A stretch of DNA of 64,000 bases, taken from assembly GCA_050084985.1 (NCBI GenBank), contig JBITNC010000001.1:146816001-146880000 (forward strand), in the 5' to 3' direction. A program made the position numbers and the translations under genes. This DNA is from Nageia nagi (Eukaryota > Plantae > Pinophyta). Below the pieces are notes generated by a model. It saw nothing but the letters and a program-made list of their open reading frames with translations, was not told the DNA's origin and searched no databases. Positions 50,435 through 63,461 of the stretch are shown in pieces. The stretch's first letter is position 1. Each line of letters begins with the position of its first letter.

Positions 50435-51399
50435 ATGGCTGGTCGCAGCTCATTTAATGGATCTGAAAAGATGGATGATGTGCCACTGGAAAAAATGGCA
50501 TCCCAGAAACATGTTCTTCTGCATGGTACTATGGATGTTTGGGTTTATGAGGCAAAATGCCTACCTAACATGGATATGGTATCTGAGAGATTTCGGCAAT
50601 GCCTTACATTGTGTAACTCCTGCAAAATGAAAAGGAAGAAACATGATGCACAACAACATCATCATCGTAAAATTATTACAAGCGATCCTTATGTTTCAGT
50701 CCAGGTTGCAGGAGCAACTGTTGCTCAAACTCGCATTATACCCAATAGCCAGGATCCTGTATGGGATGAACATTTTGTTATTCATCTTGCTCATTTTTCA
50801 GCGAAAGTGGAATTTGCTGTGAAGGACAATGATGCTTTTGGAGCTGAGCTCATAGGGACTGTTACAATTCCTGCCGATAAAGTTTTAAATTGTGAGAAAA
50901 TTGAGAGCTGGTTCCCAGTGCTTAATTCCTATGGAAAACCACCTAAACCTGATTCTGCCTTGAAGATTTCCATACAGTTTTTTCCTGCAGAAAGTGATCC
51001 CTGTACAGAGACGGTGTTGGTGCTGGACCTGAGTATTCTGGTGTGCCTCACACTTATTTCCCACTTCGAAAAGGTGGGACGGTTACTCTTTATCAGGATG
51101 CTTATGTGACTGATGGTTTACTTTCTCCTATTGTAATCGACCGTGGTAACGAGTTTGAGCATGGAAAATGTTGGGAGGAGATCTGCCAAGCTATACTAGA
51201 CGCACATCATTTAGTGTACATTACAGGATGGTCGATATACCACAAAGTGAAGCTTGTGAGGGAACCGTCAAGGCCATTTCCACCGGCAGGGCTGCAGAAC
51301 TTGGGAGATCTTCTGAAATACAAATCTCAAGAAGGTGTCCGTGTTCTGCTATTGGTCTGGGATGACAAAACATCACATGACAGCTTGCTGTTTCGAACG
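50435..51399 (+). CDS. PLDdelta: Phospholipase D delta-like, coding exon 1 (C2 domain onward); contains an apparent 1-bp deletion at ~51000
   Basis: LLHGTMDVWVYEAKCLPNMD...KIITSDPYVSV...DPVWDEHF...VKDND.FGAELIG; after the shift YRDGVGAGPEYSGVPHTYFPLRKGG.V.LYQDA...CWEEIC.AI.DAHHLVYITGWS...LLKYKSQEGVRVLLLVWDDKTSHD; donor GT at 51400. Confidence 0.92.
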
Positions 51400-51921
51400 G
51401 TAATACTCTCTGTGATATCAACCTTTTGACATTCTGTCTCTTTTGCATCGTTTCTGTTTTACGGTATACTTGTTTGTTTTTCATGTTGTTACTTTTTCTC
51501 TATTGTCATCTTCCATATTTCTGATTGTCACAATGTTCATTTTGAGATTCAAATTAATTGAATGTTACCATTGCACTTTTCTAGTTTGTAGCCATGATTA
51601 TTTTTGAAACGCCAACACAGTTTCTCTATATATATTACGTTACAAGCTGTAATAGAGCTCATTGACTGTCATTTGACACATTCATATGAGAAGAAATAAA
51701 TTATCTTTGTGGTCGAACTTTTCTGATTTTCTTTGCATATGACATGTTTTTGTTGCATTAAATTAAATAAGAGAAGACTTCACGTGGTAACATGCTAGTC
51801 AGTTGCAATATTTTATTCCTGTTTACTTAACCTTTGTGTCATTTTCTTTAAGAGAGCATAAGATTGTAACTACTGCAAAACCTGAGATTCCAAGTTTATG
51901 TGATGATCTTTGTATGTGCAG

Positions 51922-52038
51922 GAGGGAGTTATGCAAACACACGATGAAGAAACCAAAAGATTTTTCAAGCATTCATCAGTTCATTGTGTTCTTGCGCCTC
52001 GTTATGCAAGTAGTAAGCTGAGTTGGGTTAAGCAGCGG
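51922..52038 (+). CDS. PLDdelta: PLD delta-like coding exon 2
   Basis: tgtgcAG|EGVMQTHDEETKRFFKHSSVHCVLAPRYASSKLSWVKQR|GTaaat; 117 bp, phase 0. Confidence 0.95.
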
Positions 52039-53767
52039 GTAAATTTACATGGTCTTTTGAATTATGCGTCATTCATGACTTCATTATTAGGAACTGAAAA
52101 TCAAGTTAACACTTTTTATGGTAGAAACACAGAGTAAGCATGTTATAAAGTGTTTTTTAAAGACTAACAAAGCATGCAATGTTGTATGCATTTAACTCCA
52201 GGCACACTGTTGGTCACCTATCGTAACTTTTGATTGTTGCATTTCAATTTTCAACATCCATCTCCAACTAGAACCTTTTAGTCTAAGACATACACATTTG
52301 AGACACTGAAGCAAAGCGACACTGTATTTTTTGAGGACGAAAAGGACTTTGCTTGTTTGTCAGTTTTCTGCTCTTCCTTCTTTTCCTAGAAGTCCTGAAA
52401 AATAAACCAATCTCCTTCCTTTCTTCTTCATCCACCTGATTGCATACAGATACATCTCAGCTTGGGATTCCTTCCAGGTGGTATTTAAGGTAGCTGATGT
52501 CTTCGTAAATCCTTTTCTGCCGGCTACGAAATACCTAACCCTTCTTTAATCCTCTTTGCAATACTTCTATGGTAGATCTCTTTTTCTTGATGGCATTTTA
52601 CGTAGGACAGGGAAACAAATAGTGGTCAAAGCAAGAATTAGAAAAACTAATTACCCTAAGATGTTAAAACTTAGAGATCAGTGTGAAAAAATCAGAGTTG
52701 CAATGGCTTGCAAATTGAGTGACTAGGGCTCATCTTGAAGACTTGACAAGTTGATTCACAAGGTTTTGAAGAACTTGCTGAATCTCAGAACACTAAAGCT
52801 GACCATTATACCATGTTCCATATCAATGTAATGTTTATAATAGATCATGTGAATCACATTTGAACATCCTCTATGTTGGACTTAGTGAGTACTAAAATAT
52901 CTATATGTTTGATTCCTAGCATTATGAGGATTATAGAGGAATTAGTCATTATACAGTGTTCTGTTTTTTTGTTTTTGTTAAATTCATGAGCAAAAATAAA
53001 TGCCTAGGAAGACATCACCTTCTAGAACCTAGATTGTGAACATTCCCTTTTATAATTCTTGGAAGTTATGTCGCATATATAATTTCATCCTCCAGGTTCA
53101 TCATCATTTGTGTAGCACTATTGGATTACTTTCTCTCCCTCTCTCTCCCTCTGTCTCCCTCTCTCTCACACGCACACAGCAACATATCTATACATACATG
53201 CACCCATCAAATTCTTCATCATCAGAAATTTGCTATGTGAGAATTCTTACTTGGCTTAGTAAAGAGATTTAAGAATACAGTGATAATTTTATCTGTTAAA
53301 ATACCCAATCATTGTGGAAATTTACCTGGAAAGCAAACCGTAGTGATAGTTTTGTCATTATGAACTTGGATATGTTCTGTGCTTTGGTTTATTTCTCCAT
53401 CATTAAGAAAATAATATTTTATCACGATAAAAGGAAAAGATTCTTTCACAAACTCTTTTGTTTTTCTAATGCGTGCAATAATCAAAACACACTTAATATT
53501 TAAATTAAGTTGTCAATTAATCAACCATAATAGGTTTCTGAGAAATTTAATTTCTAATTTTCAACAATGGTGCTAACTTTCTGAGAGATTTGTATCTACA
53601 AAGTATAAGTATTTGTGAGATAAATCTAAATCTTGTTCTAAGAAGTTGCACTAGGAATTTCTTGTAAGATAATCTTGTTCATGTTTTGCTGATGCTGTTT
53701 GGTCCAATTTTCATTCGGTTGTGTTGGGCTACTTATGTTGTTTCAATTGTGGGACTGGCTTTTCCAG

Positions 53768-53965
53768 ATTGTGGGTACCTTATATACGCATCATCAGAAA
53801 ACTCTGATAGTAGATTCACAAGGTCCTGGAAATAACAGAAAGCTTACTGCATTTCTTGGTGGGCTTGATCTTTGTGATGGCCGTTATGACACTCCAGAGC
53901 ATCGTTTGTTCAAAGATCTTCAAACTGACATATTTAGGGAAGATTATCACAATCCTACGTTTCGT
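53768..53965 (+). CDS. PLDdelta: PLD delta-like coding exon 3 (first HKD catalytic motif)
   Basis: ttccAG|IVGTLYTHHQKTLIVD...AFLGGLDLCDGRYDTPEH...DYHNPTFR|GTaagt; 198 bp; HxKxxxxD intact. Later exons lie beyond the window. Confidence 0.95.
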
Positions 53966-54174
53966 GTAAGTTTCCTTCTCTCTCAAATTTGTGTTTATAT
54001 TATGTCTTTCTTACAATATGTACAAATTGCAGAGAAGTATGGGTATAAGAATGAGATAATTTCTACAAATGGTTCTTATAAAAAAAGCATAATACATATT
54101 GTAGTCTGATACCATTTGAAATATTACAAGCATGCTCTTGGTAGTCAAATGCAGAATGCTGAGCTAATTTTTTA

Positions 54175-54375
54175 TTTATTGAGTTCAAAGGGGATATTAT
54201 GGCCTTCTGAGAATGAACTATGTTTTACTTGGTATAGCTTATTGTTTCAGTGTGACCTGTATCATTACACATATTGAACATAAGTTTTGAATTGTTCATT
54301 TGAAGGGGATTTTAAGGTCCACTGAGAATGAACTATATCATTCTTAGTATAGCTTATTGTTACAATGTGATCTCT
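54175..54375. repeat. Diverged direct duplication (~114-bp period) in PLD intron 3
   Basis: AAGGGGAT.TTA.GG.C..CTGAGAATGAACTAT...GTATAGCTTATTGTT.CA.TGTGA occurs twice. Confidence 0.75.
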
Positions 54376-55653
54376 TTAAACTTTTTATCTCATAACATAT
54401 AGGATGCCTGTCAATCATTACATTTTTGCTTATGTTCTTATCCAACAAGAAGGACCTTTCTTCAAGAGTTCATTAGTTGCTTTAGTGGAATTCCTTTTTC
54501 TTCATGCAAGGATTGATGATTGCTTTTTACCATAATTTACTAATCTAAATTGGAAGCGGAACCTGTTGTAGGAATTCTGTCTGATCTTGGATTTATATTG
54601 GGGTATCCTGCAATTTGTTTAAGTTCTTCTTTAACTTTTAAACTAGTAGAATTTTTCCTTTGCACTAACTTAGTCCAATTTGTTTCTCTAAGATCTCAAC
54701 CTCTGCTGGTGCATTTGTAGACTAAACATAAGGTGGATCCGTTGATAGATTCCTGCACTAGATTCATAGATCTCATATGAGAAAGACATATGGTCATTAT
54801 AAATTAGATTACATTAATGTTAAACGAAGTATAGGAATGGAAGTAGATTTAAGAGGCAACAAATGGGTATGAGCTGCTTCCTACATAATTTTGTGAAGTT
54901 ATTCATCAAGTAGTGCTAAGCATATATGTAGATGTTGAGGACCCAGAGAAAGGAAGAAAGATTGAGATGGAATTCTGTCTTGTATTCCTGTACACTTCCT
55001 ACAGTACCTTCTATTATTGTGCTAACTTGACTAGAAAGTGGATTCAAGTATAGATGGAGATTTGTCTAACAATGCTTCATTCTTAGATTCCATATGCAAG
55101 AAATATGAAGTCAAGATAGATTAGATCACAGTAATTTTATAAGAAAAACATGAATGTAAGTAGATTTAAGAACCTTTCTGCAATTTTTATGTTCTTAAAG
55201 TTTTAAAGTACTAGACCTTTCCCTTGGACTAAGTTAGTCAAAGTTGTTTCTCAAACATCACAATGCCTGTTCGTGCATGTGTAGACTAAAAGACAAGTTA
55301 GATGGAGATTCATCTCCCGTCTCTGCAATCATACATTCCATATATTAAATCATGTCTTTTACTGTTTTCAGTGTATTCCATAGAGTGATGTTAGTTTCAA
55401 CAATAGCAGTTCACAAATTGATCTATTGATATTTGAAATATAGACAGATTTGTTGATTAGTCAGCTTGAGTCATGTTGTGACTAAACACAACATGGGGAG
55501 CCTCTCTAACTCATCTGCACATAGGGTCATGTTTATGTCTTTTGAAATCAAGTGGTTTCGTAAGAGCTTGGATATTATATCAAGTTGTCCCAAGCTTAAA
55601 TCTAATCAATCGCCTGGTCTTAGTCATTTTGAGCCAAAATTTGGTCTTAGTCA

Positions 55654-57999
55654 TGTTGAGCCAAAATCCGAAATTTCCAAAAATGGGTAAGTCTGGAAAA
55701 CCAAAAGTCGGTCTTAGGTGAACCAGGGTAGTCTAGGGCTAGTCGGGATAGAGTCAAGTCAAAGTGGGCCACTCCTAGGGTTGGCGCATGATTTCAAAAG
55801 ACAAAATCTTGTCTTTTTGAGACCTGCGACTAGGTCAAGGAGTTGCCTAGACTGAAGTTAATTCCTGAAAAAAGCAGTCTGGGTCATTATGAGGCTTGGT
55901 GCATGCCTCAAAAAGACAAAATCTTGCCTTTTTGAATTATGTGACCAGGTCAGGGAGAAGTCTGGATCGGAATGGAGCAGTAAAAAGACAAGAACAAGGC
56001 ACAACAAGTCTGTTGCATGATTTCAAAAGACAAAATCTTGTCTTTTTGAATCATACGATTGGGATAAGGAGCACACTGGACCGGAGTTAAGCTTGAAAAA
56101 AACAAGGCAAGGGCATTTCAAGGCTGTCGCATGATTTCAAAAGACAAAATCTTGTCTTTTTGAATCATGCAACCAAGTTGGGAGGAGTAACTGGGCAATT
56201 TCGAGGATCAGGAAGTGAACCCCAAGCATCCAGGAGGCTAGTGCATGCCTCAAAAGGACAAAAAGTTCAAGCGATAGGGAAAATTTTGACAAGTTATGGA
56301 CCCAAAAACCCTAAGATCAGCTCAAACCCACCTAGAGGGGCTGGCGCATGATCTTGAAAGATAGATTCTTGACTTTTTGAATCATGTGCCAAGCCTAGGA
56401 AGTCTCCAGGATCCACAAAAGACAAAAATTTGGCAAAGGCACGGAGAAAAGAACATGCAAAAAAAAAGTTGGTCATCTATGCGCCAAGCTTGGGATGCCC
56501 AGGTTGAGATGAAAGATGAAATTTGATAAGCCTCGACACCACAAAGACCAAAAATCAGGAAAGACTAGGTCATAGGATGAGCTTTACGGTCAAGATGAGC
56601 AACCAAGAGAGCAAGGATGGCCAACGTGGGAAGCATACTCATCCCCAAGGCTGGTGCATGATCTAGAATGACAAAATCTTGTCTTTTTTGGCCATGCGCC
56701 AAGCCAGAAGGAGCCCCAGAACCCCCATGTCTGGTCCTGACCAACGAGGCATGCAATTTCAAGTAGGTGGACATCTCGAGGACAGACACATGGATGGCCA
56801 GGATGGAACTTTTCTCATGCTACGAAATTCCTGGATGAGGAATTCGAGGAACGTGTTGAGGGCTTGGGTCCACTGGCATCTTAGTCACAATTTTCCAATT
56901 TATTTTTATTTCCAAGAAAAGACATTTTACTTTTGCTAAAATACTTTATTATATTATTATCTAATTCCTAAACTTGTGATGGATGAAGATTTGCTCCCAC
57001 AAGTTTGGAAGAAACCTTGTAATGCCATGTGGCGATTTGTGATTGGACCATATTCTATTTCTTGGAAATTGCAATTAGGGTTAGGGCAACACTTTGAATT
57101 ACCAGGAAAAACTATTTATAGCCCATTTGGGCTCATTTGTAAGGGATCATACATTTTTTGCAAATTGGACTACTTACATAATACTTTCAATTTTACAAGT
57201 TTTCCCTTTTCGCAATTGTGATATAATTCCAAGAAATTGAAGTGCGCTTGTTTTCATTTGGGACTATGAAAGTGAATGAGTGTTACATTTTTATGCTATC
57301 TTGAGTATTTGGGACATTTTATAAACCTTGTTGGTGGATAAAAGAATGCTTGTGTATCCTTCAAAATATTTCAAGAAGTGTTTGATTGTAAAGTTTCATA
57401 GTTTGCACATGGATTAGTGTGTTCTAAGATGACTTGTGTCTGTCGTTTAATGTAGGAACTTTACTCCACCATTGAGTTCTTCTACCCACGTGATACCTTC
57501 CTTATCCATTGTCTTAGCACCAAGCTCCTCTCGTTGGGATGTTCGTGTTGTCGCCTTTCGAGTTGGATTTGGGGTGCATGGAACCTATGCCAAACCCGCA
57601 CAAGTTCGGTCTTAGATGGTCATACTAGTTGGTGAGAACATTGCCCTATAGCTGAATTCATATATCACCGTCTTTTCACAACTCTTTTTCTTTATTGTCT
57701 ATTTCTTTGCACGACTTTTGTAACAAACCTTTTTTCCCTTTTTTTTGAGAAACAACTATTCTTGGATTAGGGACCCTTCGAATCCTTGATTAACAAATTT
57801 CATTCGAGTTGGTAACAGCTTCAAACATCTCCACCTTATCACCTGAGTGAACCCTTGCACCCTTCACTTTCAAACCTGAGGTAAAAGTGCTCATAGCGGG
57901 TAGGGGTCATGCCCGACCACTTAGGTGTTGGAGTCTTTCTACAAGCCTTGTGATCCAATTTACCAATCAGCAAGGGTAGGAAAGAAAAAGCCCCCAACA
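55654..57999 (+). mobile_element. 2346-bp solo LTR in PLD intron 3
   Basis: TGTTG...CAACA termini and a perfect 5-bp TSD AGTCA (55649-55653, 58000-58004); no coding domains; TATA-like CTATTTATAG at ~57112. Confidence 0.9.
55786..56700. repeat. Array of ~42-bp palindromes within the solo LTR
   Basis: Consensus GCATGATTTCAAAAGACAAAATCTTGTCTTTTTGAATCATGC at 55786, 55901, 56015, 56129, 56243 (half), 56346 and 56656. Confidence 0.9.
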
Positions 58000-58496
58000 A
58001 GTCACTAGGATGATCTTTAACCTTTTACCTGATATTGGTTAATTTGTTAAGTTTGCATTGAGCATATGGCATGGATGGCCTTATATTTCAATCATTCTCA
58101 AATCTGTAAGATATTGTGTTTTTTTCACATATATGTCAACCATGACATGTAATGAACATCACCTCCATCTTTTCTGCTGCTTTACTTTGAATTTGACATG
58201 CTGTTATGATCTCATTGCCAACTCTGGATGGGTACTTATTCAGGTCCTTTTCTTTGCTTATATTTGTAACCTTTGCCGTCTTCTTATTGTTTCTCAATAT
58301 AGCAAGGTCTATGCCACTGGAGTTATTTACATGCCAAATATAATCAAGCTGGCTTGTCTAAGTCAAAGCTATTATTCCTTGTAGTATTGTTATAGTGTGG
58401 AAGATCTATTTCGTTTCTGCTCCATATATCCTTAACTTGTCATTCTTGTTAAACATTAGGTATGGATCTTTACCCCTTGATTTGTCTTGTGGGTGC

Positions 58497-58853
58497 TGTC
58501 AACTATTTTAGCACACAAACAATTACAATACAATCGACAGCATACTTATATAATAGAATAAAAATTATACCGACATATTCTCAACAATACAAGTGAAAAT
58601 CTTTCATATTACAAAATACATGAGAACAACATCATAATACAAGAAACCCTCCTCAAGCTATAATAGCAATGGACTTGACTATATTGTAAGGAACATCAAC
58701 CAGCTTGGTCTCAACTCAACAACCAAATCCAACACACCTACTATCATGTAGCCACACTAGCAAAGAGTCTTCTTAGAACATAACCATGAACTCTTGATCA
58801 ATCTTCATTCGAACAAGAGAGCATGGGCATATTACAATATTCCACACCTTACA
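58497..58853 (-). repeat. Probable 3' LTR of a minus-strand element that continues past the window end
   Basis: Minus strand TGTAAGG...GTTGACA with LTR-like composition, downstream of a decayed TE-type ORF; no clean PPT and no partner LTR in the window. Confidence 0.5.
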
Positions 58854-59199
58854 ATACTCTGAACTCACACTCGTACTCAAGAATATTTGCTCACTTGAGT
58901 ACTTGACTCTATAGCACTTAAGTTTGTTCTTACTAACTTGTCTTTTTACCCTTGGAGTAACTCTCTTTATAAGCTAAGTGAGATATATAGAGAATAAACT
59001 AGCTACAAACTGGATAGATAGAAACCAGTCTTTTATTCAGAATATAACTTAAAACTAAAACTTATTACATTGCATGAATATTTTCAAAATAAACATTAAC
59101 TTAACAAAGTTGCTACTTTGTCAGCTAAATCAACTCCCATAAATGTTACAACTTTTTGTAGTCAAGATTTCAATGAGTTTGTATTAGGCTTGGTCTCAT

Positions 59200-62100
59200 T
59201 TTGAAATGTTGTAATTTCAACCATGATGTTTTTAATCTGATGATTTGAGACTTCCAAATCATAATGCCTTTATATGTAACCCTCACTTTGAAGAACATTG
59301 ATATCTTCGACATTAAGAAGCTCATGAACTAGATTTTTTATCACACGTCTGATCAGATTTTTATTTTTCAATGTATCATTTTCTTTCAGAAATGATATGT
59401 TGAACTTGAAATCTGAAAAGCTAGCAATTATTGTAGTGTACAATAATTCAGCCTTCTCTTGTAAGTCCTTACATTTATTCATTGAATCCTTATCCAGACA
59501 ATGTTTCATAGAGTTTGAGCTAGTTTTTTTTTTCCTTCCTTTTTTTGATGAATTTTTGTATCTCTAAAACATATTTAATGTGTTTCTCCCATATGTTATG
59601 CAAATCTTCAATTTTCTTCTTTTCTTCTTTGAAATGTGAATACTGTTTTTGATTGCCAGGAATTCAACGATGAGATCAAAGCTCCATCAAATGTTTTGAG
59701 GATTTCATCAGCTAAGGATCCTTTGCCTTTGTCAACACCAATTCCCGTTGAAACTTGCGCTTCGATTTCTTGTGGTCGTCTTGAAGGATTCAATTTCTTT
59801 GATTACTTTGTTTTTATTCGTCAATTCTTTCTTCAAGTAATCAATTCTCTGTTTACATTCCAATGCTTCTTCTGTCATTAACTTAGCTGCTGAATTGAGC
59901 AATTGTCTTTTCCCATGAATTCCAAGCTTTTCACCACCTGTGACTGTATTCTCAAATCTGCATTTCGTTGTGGCTTTTTTGTCTGGGAATAAACCCTTTT
60001 GACAAGCAAAGAATTAGATTGAGAATTGAGAGAAACAAAAGTACAATTTTTGTTGTCGTTACTGTTGACTTAGGAGAAATTGTAATGTCCAAAAATTATT
60101 AGCATTGTAAATATTGTCTCTTTGTGTTTTGCATGTGTTTGGACATCATTTAGAGTGTTCTGTCATCTTTTGCTGATAAAATAGGAGTCATATGGGTTAA
60201 TAAGTGTGCTCTTAGCAAGATTTTCTAAGTCTATATGTTAGTATGACTTATTATGGTTAATTTGGTGTGTAGACATATGTTAAATATTAAGTCTAGGTGT
60301 ATTTAATTACCTCAACAAGTGTAAATCCGAAAATCATAGTTTCCAAGACTTTTTCGAGGATAAGGTGCTTCAAGTCATTTTAGGGTTTCTACCTCAACAA
60401 TGAAATATAAGATCTAATCTCCACCCTTCATCCTTTCAAGATCAGATCCAAGGGTTGGGATATATTTGTGCATTGAGATCATTTAAGGTTTGATGAGATT
60501 TGATCTCCACCCTCCATGCTTGTGCAGATCAATGAATAGGACTTATTTGCAAGCAGTTTTGGAGAATTTGGAAATTGGGAGAGCTTTGCTCTTTTGGGCT
60601 CTTGCATTTTGCTACAGGAGATTATTGAGGTTCCCTTTGGAGAGATCCATTGGAAGCTTGAAGGGGTAAAACCTTAGGGTTATCTACCAATTGAAGAGGC
60701 AGATCCATCCAAGGTTTGCATATGAGCATCTATTGTTAAGATCGGAGGGTTTTGAGTATCATTTTGGGAGCAAATTTATTTGAGGGGTTTGGAACCCTAG
60801 GATTGTGTCCTAGGAGGGCAATGCCTAGCCTTGGAGAGGCTTATTTTGTTGTTTTGAAGACTTTTTTTGTTTGGGCAAGTGTGCATCAGATTTGTATGGG
60901 TTTTTCGATATTGTTTTGGCAATAAAAATAAAATATTCTGCTGTTATTTCTGTTGTGTATTTCAGAATTTCTGCAACTAGGGTTTTGATTATAATTTCCT
61001 GTTATAATTCCTGTAAGTGTTTTGTGTTTTCCTAAGTTGGTATATTTCAGACATTGGGTTGGCCTCATCTTCATGAATCTAGTTATTGCATGCTTTTTAT
61101 GCAAGCATCTGCATCAAAATTATAAGATTCATTCATGTTTACTTCTTTTGGCATTTGCTGTGTTGAAGAAGGTTGAATCTCAATGATCTCCTGCATTGGA
61201 TGCGAATCATGTTCTTGCAGCATCCTTTTCTTTCTTTGTTCTTCGTTTTCTTCATCTTGATCATCATCCTCATCTCCTTCACTGCTTCTTAGTGTTGATG
61301 AATATCTTTTTTCATTTGTTCGATGACCTTCTAGAGTACTGCTTCCTTTTCTTAGGGGTAGAGGATGTGACATTCTTGGACCTAGGGGTTGTAGATTTTC
61401 TACAGCATCAACTATCTTCTGAACTCGTCCTTGCTTGGACAAAGGTTCCTCTTCCATCATTGCTTTGCCCTCATCAATGGCAATTACTCTAGTCTCTAAT
61501 GGAATCCATGTCAATAATGTTTTCTTTCTTCTCCTCATCTTCTTTATCACTGCAAGAGTTGCTTGAACTGCTTAAAGGACCATAACCACGAGAATTACTA
61601 TCTGCATTGTCACTTTCATCAGCATTAATAGAAATATCTTGAAGAATGGTATTTTCCAAATTTTCTATATTTACATTGGCTTCCTTTAACTCTACATTAT
61701 CTGGTGCAGTGATTCCCTCCAGAAGGAATTCTTCTTGTTAAATCATTTCTTGTCTTTCTTTCCTTGACAATTCTCTGTCTTCCTCATGTTTTTCATTTCC
61801 TGCATTATCCTCTTGAATAGTTGTTAAGAAATTTCCACCATCCATTGCCCCATGGCCATCCATAGTCCCATATTGATCTAATTGATTTTGTTATTGCATT
61901 ATTGGCATTGGGGCTGCATTTCGCAATGACAGATCACTGTCAGTGGATGATGTAGGTGGAGTCTTTTTCCTACTTCGACCTTTGTTCTTTTTTTGTTCTT
62001 TAACGTTTCATGAACTCTTAAGACTTCTAAATCTGATGTCAGATTTCGATATTTTTCAATGTCACCCTTAGTTTGATGGACATATGTGATTCCAAAATGT

Positions 62101-63461
62101 TCCTCATATAATTTTTTCATTTTACCATCTGGGTCAGACCTATGGGATTTCTTCTCCTTCTGAAAACCAAATGCATGAAGTTATTCTGTCATTGACTTGG
62201 CCTCCAACCATGATGTCCAAGAATAAGATCCAATGGTGATGTGCAATTTGATGGTTGCAATGTTCTTTTCATACACTTCATCATGAAGGACCAGCATCTG
62301 CTTGCAAAATTTATACAAACCATTAAATTATTTGCATATTTTGGCAATCTGAATGGTTGAATATCAGCTCTGTAGACCCTCAAATGCATGGCATTAGGAT
62401 CTTCTATGTGCCAATTTGCAGGTTCTTTGATTATCTCAATTGCCAGAGCTGAAATTCTGGGAACTCTGTCAGCCCCTTTGAGCTGTTTATAGATTGCATA
62501 TACCCATTCATCCTTCCTCATTGTATAGTAGTTCCATTTTTGGCCACATCACCATTTAGGATTTCATCTCCATAAAGGCATTTTTAGTTCTTTTAACAGA
62601 GCTATGTTTCCATGAGCTTATGGTCGATTTTGTCCTTTGACCAACAATTAAACCACTTAACTCTTCATATAAAAATTAAAGTTATTTCTTACATATGCCA
62701 ACTGCTTCATGATGGCGTTACCGAGAACTTGGATCCATCTGATCCTTTCTCCTTTTTCAATTTTTACTAAAAATCCAGTGAACTTTTCTCTGAATTTGAT
62801 GTCTTTATCTTTCCCTGTAACCCTGCATAACATGCTGATATCTTTGTTGGCTGTATTTTCTAAGAACACTCTTTGTGTTTGAATGACTTGTTGATGACTT
62901 TTCCCTTTGTGTGCATTTTAAAACCATCCTCAGATTATATTAGTAGGTTTCTTGCTTTTCTTATCTTCAAAGAGTGCCAGTGAATCTTCTTCTGTATAAA
63001 CAATTCCTCTGTTTGACCAACCAAATGCTTTCTCAATACCTTCTGCTGTAAAATTGGCAACCATGACATCGTCCTTGCCAAACAGTTATCTTGTTTCAAA
63101 TTCCATCTGCCATGCTACTTCTAACATTAGTTCAGGAAACCTGACATTGAATGGTATGGCTGCAGCATTAGATTCTTGAAGCATATGTTGGATCTGCTTT
63201 CTTCTTTTCCTTTGGGATGCTTTCCACATCCTTCATTATCCTTGATGGGTCAGTATGGTTCCAATGGGTATCTCTAATGTTTTTGAGGTGATCTTTGAAC
63301 CTTGCTTCTTTGATTGGGGCTCCTTGCTTCTTCATATCGGTTAGACTTTTCTTAGTAAGGTGTTTGGTAGGTTTGTAAGTATCCATCCTGTCAAGAGAAA
63401 GAGACTTTAAAGATCTATCCAAAATATTGATATTTGAATATTCAACATACATCAGATTCAT
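59200..63461 (-). pseudogene. Decayed long retroelement-associated extra ORF of unknown function (globular N-terminal part, acidic/coiled-coil C-terminal part)
   Basis: Chain of minus-strand fragments (63461-63168, 62869-62657, 62521-62189, 62120-61899, 61550-61083, 59793-59608, 59509-59270) joined by stops and frameshifts; no gag/pol motifs. Confidence 0.6.
60081..61075 (+). mobile_element. Probable solo or partial LTR nested in the extra ORF
   Basis: Starts TGTAATGTCC, has LTR-like GATC/AACCCTAG motifs, and interrupts the coding-like minus-strand sequence; right end and TSD unresolved. Confidence 0.5.

Noticed and set aside
50960-51010. An intron explaining the PLD frame change (TTTTTTCCTGCAG at ~50990)
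   Set aside because: PLD-like residues are continuous on both sides, so an intron would delete conserved C2 sequence; a 1-bp indel explains it fully.
55786-56700. CRISPR array
   Set aside because: Plant context, no cas genes, degenerate repeats, spacers longer than typical and partly related to each other, and the array lies inside a TSD-flanked solo LTR.
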